64,000 nucleotides of DNA from Cycas panzhihuaensis (lineage: Eukaryota > Plantae > Cycadophyta). Positions 38,988-48,992 of this stretch are shown here, in pieces. The position numbers and the translations under genes were made by a program. The stretch spans positions 202,065,741 to 202,129,740 of the forward strand of contig CM041465.1 in NCBI GenBank assembly GCA_023213395.1. The letters are read 5' to 3'. Under the pieces are notes generated by a model. The model worked only from the letters and a program-made list of their open reading frames with translations, searched no databases and had not been told where the DNA came from. The stretch's first letter is position 1, and each line of letters opens with the position of its first letter.

Positions 38988-41900
38988 GGTTATTCTGTTG
39001 CGAATCGTTGAGGGTTCAAGTGTTAAGGGGAGTGAGAGCTTGAGGGGTAATTCCCGGTAGGTGCAAAAGAGATGGAGTCGATAGGCAGATTCAAATTGAT
39101 AAAAAGTTAGAGCAACTGTAATGTAGATGCCTCTTCTCATACAGCTTTATGCTCTCCACGTTTGCTCAGAGATTTGGCACGGGCAGCTTACTTCTTTCTT
39201 CGAACGCGTAGTCTCCTCTACAGGGCGTAAGATTTTTCATGACAGCTAGGTTCCTCTTCATGCAGATAATCACCTTCATCTTCCATGCAAACAATTGCTA
39301 GGGTTTCTTCCATTTACTTGATTGTTCAATAGCAGGTGTGGCTCCATTCTGTACTCAAGGTGTACGTAATGTGAAAAGACTGAAATTTCTATCTTGGCTA
39401 ATTTTAACTCTTCAATCTCCTCACTTAATGTGCTCCATAGGACTGATCATGCTCTGATACCATGTTGAAGAGAGGCAGCATGTACAATATCAGCATGAAC
39501 ATATAATCAGATATTCACAGGTGAAAATTGACATTGCACATGTACACATTATTTGGCAGTTGGAAAACCCCTTCTGGGAAAGAAAAACCACCTCTGAAAA
39601 TTAGAAATTTATTGCTAAAGGATTTTACATGGCCTTCATAACCAGGAATACCCTCTATATACCAAACTAAGAAATGAAATCAACATTTGGACAGGCTTAT
39701 GACAGCCTCCTAGATTCCTGGAACCAATTCCTAGAATCTAGGAGAGGCTATTTGAAGAATGAGAGGTTCATTGAAATGGGCGGTTGCTCATTTCAACGAC
39801 CTTCACATAATAATCAATAATTAACATTGGCTTTTATAAAAATGAACCTTTACATCACTTAAATTTGCATTTACACATGTGATCAAAAAGATAACATTAG
39901 CTTTTCTAACAGGCATCAAGTGGCAATTTTCTGCCTCCTACACTCTTCAGCAAAATGGAGTTGCTGAGAGGATGAATTGGATCTTGGTTAACAAAGACAA
40001 GGCCATGCTTGCCACCAAAAATCTTGGACTTCATTTCTGGGTTGAAGCCATCAACACTGTTGCATCTCTCACCAATAAGATCCCAACCAAGGTAGTTAAG
40101 GATATCGCACCCAAGGAGGCTTGGTCAGGTCAAAAGCCTACAATTTCACATTTGCAAACTTTTGGATGCACACCATATATGCACTTTCCAAAAGAACAAA
40201 GGAAGAAACTATATGACAAACTAGGAAGTGCATCTTCATTGGATATATGCCTAGATGCAAACCTTACAAGCTATATGATCGTACTACATGACGAATGCAT
40301 ACATCTCGAGATGTCATTTTGTCTGAAGAGAATCAAGAATTGGATCCAAAAGAAATTTTATTCTCTAGTGATGATTTTGCAACAACTACTGGTCCTCCAA
40401 CCATTGAAAATGTTCTTGCAATAACTGTGGTCTCATCAGCTCCGTCCACATCATATTCTCCTATCTCTTCATTTGCACTGGGTCCCTCTACTTCTCCATT
40501 AATTTCTCCAGAAGAGCTTCAAGTAGAAGTCACCTCCAAACAATTACCAAAATGGTATTTGCAGACATCGCCTCCTCAAGCATCAAAGAGGCAATCAAAA
40601 TATAGGTAATCCACCAATTTTGCTCTAATGGCATAGGTGTTATGTGTTGTTGAACCTTCCACTTTTGAGGAGGCAATCACAGACAAAAAATGGCAGATTG
40701 TAATGAATGAGGAAATAGACTCTATTTTTCAAAATGATACTTGCGAGTTGGTTGAGTTGTTAGAAGGAAAGAAGCCAATTGATTGTCATTGGCTCTATAA
40801 GACTAAATTTCATGCAGATGACTCCATTTAGCACCACAAAGCTCACTTGGTAGCCATTGGTTTTAAACAGATTGAGGGCATTGACTATGATGAAACATTT
40901 GCCCTAGTTACCAACATGACCTCTGTATAGCTTGTTTTGGCACTTGTAGCTCAACATCAATGGCCTATTTACCAGATGGATGTTAAAAGCGCCTTTTTGA
41001 ATGGTGATTTACAAGAAGAGGTATATCTAAGGCAATCTCCCAACTATGTTGTTTGTGGCAAAGAACACATAGTTTACGAACTGAAGAAGGCTTTGTATGG
41101 TCTCAAGCAATTGCCTCAAGCATGGTATGCAAAAATTGATGAATATTTTCTGAAGCATGGACTTATTCACTCATGTTCAAATCCCACCTTATACATCAAG
41201 ATCTAAGACAACTTGATTACTCTAGTCATCCTTTATGTTGATGATTTGTTGATTACAGGCAATGACATATAGTGGATTTCATATCTCCAAGGGGAACTCA
41301 ATAGTAGCTTTGAGATGACTGACCTTAGGTTGCTACATTATTTTCTTGGCATGGAGGTCTGGTAACAACCAGGCCGCACTTTCTTTTCACAATCCAAATA
41401 TGCAAGGGAGATACTACAAAAGTTTAGGATGGAGGCAAGACCCAATTTGGACATTGATGAGTTTGGCATACTTGTCAATCCCACCTTATACATACAACTT
41501 GTGGGGAGTCTGATCTACGTGACTCATACTCACCCAGACATATCTTATGTAGTTGGGATTTGCTCAAGGTTCATGATCTACGTGACTCATACTCACCCAG
41601 ACATATCTTATGTAGTTGGGATTTGCTCAAGGTTCATGACATGGCCCAACGTTTCACATTGGAATGCAACCAAATGAATTTTGATGTACCTTCGCCAATC
41701 GCTGCAATTTGGCATTAATTACTGGCAGGTGGACAATCCTTCTTTGGCAGGCTATATAGATGTAGATTGGGCTGCATGCTGAGATAACATAAGATTGAAT
41801 TCAAGATATTGTTTCAACCTAGGTTTAGTAGCTGTCTCCTGAAGATGCAAGAAGCAACCAAATGTTACCTCATCATCCATGCAAGCAAAGTATAAAGTTG

Positions 41901-44900
41901 TGATTAGTGCAACTACAGAAGCTACTTGTCTTAGAAGGATTCTTGTCGAGCTTGGTCTTGAATAGACACAAGCCACTTCACTCTTCTATGACAACCAAAG
42001 CATCCTGAAGATGACAAAAAATTCAATTTTCCATGCAAGAATGAAGCATATCGAGGTGCACCATCACTTCATTAGAGAACATATTCAAGATGATGAGATA
42101 GACCTTATCTGCATGCCAACCGATGAACAAGTTGCAAACATCTTCATCAAAGCACTTGATAGAGACAAACTCAAGCGATTTCGGCATCATTTGGGTGTTT
42201 GAATTAATGAACTCATCATTAAGGGAGGGTGATAGAATTAACTATTTATTCATTAATTCATCTTGATGTACTTTCTAATTGTAATGTAAATGTGAGTCAT
42301 TTTAGTAGCATAATATCATAAAGTGCAATTGTACTTTAAGTTGTAACTTGAAGTTGTGAATTCTAGTTAAGGGGCTAAAAGCCCACTTTCACCAATGTGA
42401 GAATAAATGACACTTGGTCACCATGCAAACAATCTCTCATACATGTGCACCACTTGTTCACCATGCATGACCATTGTACTTTCTATATATTGAGCACCTC
42501 TCTTGGCAATTGTAAACACAGGATTATTGAGAGGGTTTATGCTATGTAGGCTTTATTCATGCTAATGAAAAGTTGTTTTGGTGTTTGAATATAATTTCTA
42601 TCCCTCCAAGTTTTTATGCTTTGATGATGCTAATGCGATTGTGGCTGTCTATTTTTAATGATTTAGATCTTGGTAGTGAAAATAGCTAATATGTTTTCTC
42701 TCATTAATGAATCCTTTTAAAAATAGACCAATTCTATTGGAAAATACTTTTGTAGTTTTGTTCTTGGATGAATAACTTTCTAACGTTTGGTATCAAACCC
42801 AAATTCTTATCAGAGGAGCCAAATTTCTCAAAATTGATCCTAGAATCCTACATGGAGCCAGAAGTTTATGTGGAACTCAAGTGTTGGAATTGTGGGGTTG
42901 CTAAAGTAAGTTTCTTAATTCAAAAAACAAATTGAAGCTAAAGAATCTATTGCAAGAATGAGTCATTCGATACTAGAATCTTAGAAGGATTTCCATATTC
43001 TGATTGGGTTGAAAGCACTGGTAGTAGAATGTCCAATTTAGGATCCTATTTTAGTCTTGGATCCGTTGTTTTTACTTGTAGTAGCAAGTAGCATAATGCT
43101 GAACTTTCTTTGATTGAGGCATAGTACAAAATTGTAGTTATAGTAGTGTATGAAGCCATATGGTTGAGATAGATTCTTAGTGACTTAGGTCTTCATCAGG
43201 GAGATGCAATGAAGTTGTCCTATGACAATTAGAGTACACTAAAAATTGCCAATAATCCAATGTTCCATGCTTACACTAAACCTATTGAGGTGCATTGTCA
43301 TTTCATCAAGGAACAAATCTAAAATGGAGAGATCAAGTTGTTTTATAGATGTATAGAAGCATGGCTGGTAGACATCTTCGTCAAACCACTTGCTCAAGAA
43401 ATTTAGACAAGGTATTTGTCAGAACAAATTTGAATAGATGAAGAGAATACCTTAGTTTATTAATGAGAGAGAAATTCTCTTGTATAAATGTATCATGTGC
43501 ATATGTGAAGGCCTATGCGTATAGGCCAAGTGTCATTAGTACATTGAAGAGGAGTTGGACACATAACCCTCGAGTTAACTTTAAGAGACATTGATATAAA
43601 AGATAAAACATTATGACTCTAACATCCTGTCTTAATGTTTTATAGTTTGTCTTTAATAGCAAGTAGACCTCTGAAGTGTTGGAATTTGTCCTTTGGCAGT
43701 GGCTTTATAAGAATGTCAGGAAGTTGTTATTTATTGGTACAGTATAATAGACCTATCTCTTTAGTTTGTACTTTTTCTTTGATAAACTGATGGTGGATTT
43801 CAATGTGTTTCATTCTAGCATGAAACATTGGACTCTTTGTCCTTTTAATAACACTTTGATTATCACAAAAAATACAGGTAGACTAGCTTTGTTATTGCTT
43901 TAAATTTGTACAAGTTGTTTGATCCATACCACTTCATACATTGCACTAATAGTTGCCTTGTATTCTGCCTTAATGGACGATACAACTATAATGGGTTGTT
44001 TTTTGCTACTCCAGGAAGTAACAACAAATCTGAGAGAGAAATAATAAACCTTCGTAGATTTCCTTTCTTGTTGATCTCCAACCCAATCTAAGTCACTATA
44101 CCCAATTAGCTAAAGATTCAAAGCTTTGGTATAGTTAAGGCCCATTGTTGAAGTACTTTTAATGCATTTGAGAGTTCTCTTAGCAATATTCCAATGAGAA
44201 ATCTTTGGATGTTGTATATATCTAGAGACAATTCCCATTGAATATGAAATATTAGGCATGGTGGCTATAAGATAGATAAGACTACCTACTAACTATTTGT
44301 ACAAGGTTTTATCCACTAATTGTCCATCATCATCAACTGTCAAGACACATCTTGTTTCCATTAGAGTGACATAGTTGTTGTAGTCTTCCATTCCAAACTT
44401 TTGAAGAAGATTTCTTATATATTTTGCCTAGGATATAAAAATAGAATCATTTTGTTGACTAATTTCAATACCAAGATAGTAATGAAGTCAACCCATATCT
44501 GTCATTTCAAATTCCTTTTCCATTTGTAACTTGATTTTCTAGATTGTATCATCATCATTTCCTGTAACTATCATGTCACCTACATAGACTACAATGATAG
44601 TTATTAAATTGTTTTTGTTTATTTTAATGTACAAACTAGGATCTGAGTCACATCTACATAAACCTTTTTGATTTAGATGCTGATGTAATTCTGCATATCA
44701 TGCTCTGCGTGCTTGTTTTAAACTGTACAAGGTCTTTTTTAGCTTGCAAACAAGATGTTCTTCACCCCTTTTTATATATCCCGATGGCTACTGCATATAC
44801 TTCTTCAACCAACTCTCCATTTAGAAAGACACTTTTAACATTAAGTTGTATGATGTTCCATTTAAATTGTTCTGCCATGGTTATAATTGTTCTTATAGTT

Positions 44901-45804
44901 ATCAACTTAGCTATTGGTGAAAAGGTTTCTTCGTAATCGATACCTACAGTTTGAGTAAACCTTTTTTCCTAGTCTTGCCTTGTACTTTTCAATAGTCCCA
45001 TCAATTTTTTCTTTTATTTTATACACCTATTTGCAACCAACAAAGGGTTTATCTTTGGGAGCATCAACTAATTCTCAAGTCTTGTTTTTCTTGATAGCAT
45101 TTGATTTTAGCATAACCTTCTTCCATTCTAGGTGATCACATGCTTCTGAGTAACTTCGTGGTTCAACAGAATATATTAAACTTTGATGTTTTTGTGATTT
45201 GGTTCTTTGTTCAAAAGCATTACCTTTTGATTCTTCAAGAGTCTTGATGTACCATTTTGGTTATTTTTTTGGTGCACTATCATCGATTCTTTGAGAACAA
45301 TCTTGTTCCTTAGAGAAATTTTGTTTAGTTTCAAATGAAACTTATTGTTGTCCAAAAATGCTTTGCTTGCTTTTCTCCTAAAGTTCACTTTCTAATGTAT
45401 GTTTTTCTATTGTAGTGACTTTAGAAATTTCTTCAACTAGAACATTTGCTTTTGTATTTTCTTTAGCTTGTTTTTATATTATTTTTGCTTTTTGATTTGT
45501 ATGTTCATCAAAAGTTACTGTTGGAAAATAGAACCTGCAATAAGATAATCACAAACAGAAACGAACACCTCCACAGGATCGAACAGTACCCTTAAGGTAC
45601 CTCCATTGTATTAAGAAAATATCATTACAACATTGTTACAATATGATACACAAAATTGTGTATTTATAATATAAGTCATTATGAAAGAGTAGGACCCACT
45701 TGCATGTGGGACAAATCAAATGTACATTAATATTCTAACACCCCCCCTTAATGTACATTTGGGTCATTTGTATTTGCAACGCTTTGTCCTTGGAAATGTC
45801 TTGA

Positions 45805-45965
45805 GAATGATGTCTTCAACCTGATCCTTGTCTTCAATCTTGTAGTGATGTCTTTGCTGCAGAATGATGTCTTCATCTTGATTTTTGTTTTCAATTCTGT
45901 ATTGATGCCTTTGTAAGATGATATCTTCAGCTTGATTTCCATCTTCAATTCTGTAGTGACGACGT
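45805..45965. repeat. 54-57-bp tandem repeat x3 at the 3' end of W
   Basis: GA(A)TGAT(G/A)TCTTCA recurs at 45805, 45862 and ~45917. On the minus strand it encodes three RH.Y(R/K)IE...Q.EDIIL units. Confidence 0.85.
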
Positions 45966-45994
45966 TAATGTAGCTGCTCTAGTAAGTATAAATC

Positions 45995-46834
45995 CTATTT
46001 CCTTATTGCAGCTGGTCTAGGCTGATGAAGATCCTGTAAGTAATCATCTTCAATCACAACTTGTGTATCATCATTATCCTGTATAAACTCTTGATCACCA
46101 TGAACAACAATGAATTCCTCAATCTTAGGAGTGGAATCTTGCATACTCTTTGAACTTGAATCAATGCTTAAAGAAGGAATATAAGACTCATCCTTTATAG
46201 GATCATTAGATTCAATTTCTCTTGAAATCAATTCATCACTTTCAATGTCTTCATCTATAATCTCATCAATGCATTCAACAGTAGAAGTTTCGTCAGTACT
46301 CAGACATTCTTCATCTTGACATGCTATTTCATCAGTGTTGATGATACTTTCTTCATTCGTTGTACCTATACCATAACTAGCCTTAATTGCTTTTTTAATC
46401 ATTCGTTGTGTCTCTTCAGGAGTTTGTTCAAATACTTCTCTTAGAAAATCCCAAGCTTCTTTAGCATTACTTGAATGTAGTATCATAGGAATGACAAAAT
46501 GGAATTTGGAAGGAAGATCAATCTCATTGAATGCAGCATGAATCATAATGAATGCTTTTCTATCTTTCTTCTCCAACATTTCCTTTTCTTCTTCATTCTT
46601 AGGGATATCATATTCATCAATAACAATCTTCCACAAACCTCTAGCTATGAATAAACATCTCATTTTAATTGTCCAAAAGAAGTAGTCTTTACCATTGCAC
46701 TTAGGTACTAGAAGAAACGAATCCGTTAAGTAATATTCATTTGTTTTAGGAGCATATATAACTACATCATTATCCTCCATGATTGTAAATGCCATGCCCA
46801 TATGCCACGTCCCTTTTTCAATCAATAAACTCAC
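45995..46834 (-). CDS. Copia Gag N-terminal domain plus acidic tail (279-codon open frame; the frame continues past two stops to 45764)
   Basis: VPKCNGKDYFFWTIKMRCLFIARGLWKIV...KKDRKAFIMI...SNAKEAWDFLREVF is the copia Gag N-terminus, followed by D/E-rich sequence. No zinc knuckle. The true start may be an internal ATG. Confidence 0.8.
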   Translation of the reverse strand: MSLLIEKGTWHMGMAFTIMEDNDVVIYAPKTNEYYLTDSFLLVPKCNGKDYFFWTIKMRCLFIARGLWKIVIDEYDIPKNEEEKEMLEKKDRKAFIMIHAAFNEIDLPSKFHFVIPMILHSSNAKEAWDFLREVFEQTPEETQRMIKKAIKASYGIGTTNEESIINTDEIACQDEECLSTDETSTVECIDEIIDEDIESDELISREIESNDPIKDESYIPSLSIDSSSKSMQDSTPKIEEFIVVHGDQEFIQDNDDTQVVIEDDYLQDLHQPRPAAIRK

Positions 46835-48603
46835 TTATCATTGGTAACTTGCCTATTGATCACTCTCAACAAATTTCCTCATGTTTCATATCTCACATCA
46901 TTGACTTTACCATCACATCATTGCCTTATCCATTTCACCAATCAGTAACGTAGAATCCAAACACTCACTTCACCAAATCAATGCCTCATAAACCTCATGA
47001 TGATCATACATGTCATATGTCACTACCAAGACACACACTTCACTTGATTGCCCAAAACACACAACTCATGCCATTACACCAGCAACTCATGTAACTTCAA
47101 CAAAAAAAACTCATCCTTCTTTGCCTGTTCACATCATGAAACATGCCTAATTTCTTCCTTAACTCACCCAACAAAGTGTCCAACCTTGTCATGTAACCTC
47201 ACATGTTACAAGGTTCATAATTGCCAAGTCATCAACTCTCTCATGCAAACACATACAACAGAAACTATAGACGTCTCTTCTCACTATTAAGTCATCTTAT
47301 GCATGCCTCTTATAAGGACCATACTCACCTCACCATATATCCACAACAAGTCTCAAGTCAACAGAGTGCGAAATATGAGTTAATGTCGTCTCACATTACC
47401 AAGGTACTCTCCCATGTGAAATACATACAAGAAAGCCTCAACAATCACCTCATCAATACCTCATATCATCAAAGTATTCTCATATAATCGCATACAAATG
47501 ATCAATGAAAGGTTCAACCTTTGTCTCATGTCATCATGTCAACACATCAAACCAAGACCTTACTTCAAAAATCACTCACTCATATCGCCATAAAGCCATA
47601 ACTGTAAGGACTCCACTATCAACTCAATGCCAAAGATTGCTTCCTCGTAACAATAGCTCACTCGCTTAACAATCATTACCTTGATCACAATGGCCTCTTA
47701 TTACCCTTCTCTTGCCCTTGTCATGTTCAACAAATACCCAAACTTAAGATGTAATCTTAATAGCATTCAAACGTTGTCTCTCAAACACACCTCTTGTCAT
47801 GTAAAGAACTCTTTACCACATCATCAATCACTCATAATGTGCTTACTTATCTTGTCAAGACGTATGTAGGGTCATGATTCTGTCTTATGTCACCACATCG
47901 TTGCCAAATAAAAGTGTAAAATGAATGCTTATATCATCATACAATCGCGTGTAAGAATGCCCAACTCAATCATTTATAATCATCACCATGCCATGCCTCA
48001 TATTACCAATAATGGAATATGTTTAATTGCACCCTCTTCATCATAAATCACCAATACATTACTTTGCCACCTTCATATCTCAAAATACCTTTAGTGACAA
48101 CAATATGAAATAAGATAACTTTGTAAAGGCTGAACCATCTAATAGGCAACATCATTTTCACTTGAACTTGAAATTATCTTAACACATTGGCGATTTAATA
48201 AAGTGACTTAAATCAAAGGCCAATTTCATGGAATGAATAATCAAATAACTTTATTCAACGCCAAAAAGAGGGCAACTTGGACGATTTGATAAGGGGCGAC
48301 TTGGTTTGCAGTGTGTAAAACGACGTCGGACAATATTATGGCTACAAAACGCATCAATAGGTATCAGTAATGTAGATGCAAGGGCGACGTAGGAATATAC
48401 ACGTTATTGGCTGCGTCCTTAGCCTTCTCCACAACCCTAACCTTTCTGAACTCACAATAGACCTGGTCAATTTTGATGCTTTCTGTGTAGTCCCTGTATA
48501 TCTGATATGTCCCCTCCCTCAGTATGGGCCGCAATTAAATGAGTACAATGATTGCGGCGGCGGCAAAATAGAGATGTTGGAGGGAACAAGGTGCTTTCTT
48601 CAG

Positions 48604-48992
48604 TTTGCAGAGATGTTATTTCTGTTTGCAAAGATAATAAAGAATTTTGCAGTGATATATTCGGTGGATATAATAGAGGTTCCTGATTTCAACACCATGT
48701 ACGAATTGTACGACCCATCCACGGTGATGTTTTTATTCCAAAACATGCATATTATGGTTGAATGCGAAGGTCAGAGAAAATTGGCTCTTAACTGTTCCCT
48801 TCCGATGCAGATATTGCAGAAGATAAGGAAATAACTTGCTGTGAAAGCATCTGAAGATCATGTGTATGGCCGTAAGAGAGATGTTCAGATTTGTTCTACC
48901 CTGAGCCGTAAGGAGCTATTTACGAAGCCGTGCCCAGCCATGAGGAGGGAACCCTGTGTAAAATAGTCGAAGCCCTATACAGAGAGGAGAGG
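48604..48992 (+). pseudogene. DIM1: Captured fragments of DIM1/YLS8 (TXNL4A, U5 snRNP thioredoxin-like), antisense to W
   Basis: 48604-48762 reads FAEMLFLFAKIIKNFAVIYSVDIIEVPDFNTMYELYDPSTVMFLFQNMHIMVE versus DIM1 MDEVLASVAETIKNFAVIYLVDITEVPDFNTMYELYDPSTVMFFFRNKHIMID. A weaker second piece, IVEALYREER (48963-48992), compares with IVETVYRGAR. Confidence 0.93.

Larger units (their letters stand above)
32644..39911 (-). mobile_element. Z3: full-length Ty1/copia element with a 2.1-kb leader carrying an HSP70 fragment
   Basis: 449-bp LTRs 32644-33092 and 39463-39911 (~20 mismatches, ~95.5% identical). Perfect PBS TGGTATCAGAGC on minus strand 39451-39462. Perfect TSD GGCAT. Confidence 0.96.
28523..42202 (+). 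pseudogene. Y gag-pol pseudogene, interrupted by Z2 and Z3
   Basis: gag MALQMVATNTIKLSGSDNFLAWKKQ at 28523. Protease motif LIDSRVS/HMT split by Z2. Integrase KNNG/IKWQFSASYTLQQNGVAER split by Z3. RT QMDVKSAFLNG. RH KHIEVHHHFIRE. Confidence 0.92.
20592..42703 (+). mobile_element. Y: Ty1/copia LTR retrotransposon (~7.4 kb without inserts) hosting Z1, Z2, Z3
   Basis: LTRs 20592-21061 and 42230-42703 (TGA...TCA). PBS TGGTATCAAAGC 21064-21075. PPT AAGGGAGGG before 42230. TSD CTAAT/TTAAT. Confidence 0.92.
20329..43416 (+). mobile_element. X: short non-autonomous copia derivative (5' LTR split by Y; internal region only RT-tail/RNase H; 3' end displaced beyond the window by V)
   Basis: LTR starts TGTTAGAA at 20329, is broken by Y after 20591, resumes at 42704 and ends TTCTAACG at 42785. 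PBS TGGTATCAAACC at 42788. Within ~200 bp come the RNase H motifs YSDW, EAIWLR, NPMFHAYTKPIEVHCHFIKE and VDIFVKPL, up to the V insertion at 43417. Confidence 0.7.

Noticed and set aside
39118-39130. 13-mer GTAATGTAGATGC shared with W 48367-48379
   Set aside because: Lies on opposite sides of the cargo in the two elements; a single AT-rich 13-mer between kb-scale regions can arise by chance.
48553-48595. GGGKIEMLE as an HSP70 C-terminus (GPKIEEVD) in W
   Set aside because: Too short and lacks EEVD; likely chance.
48376-48834. 152-aa ORF as a real DIM1 gene
   Set aside because: Only ~50 residues match DIM1; the flanks are unrelated and it lies in the W leader.
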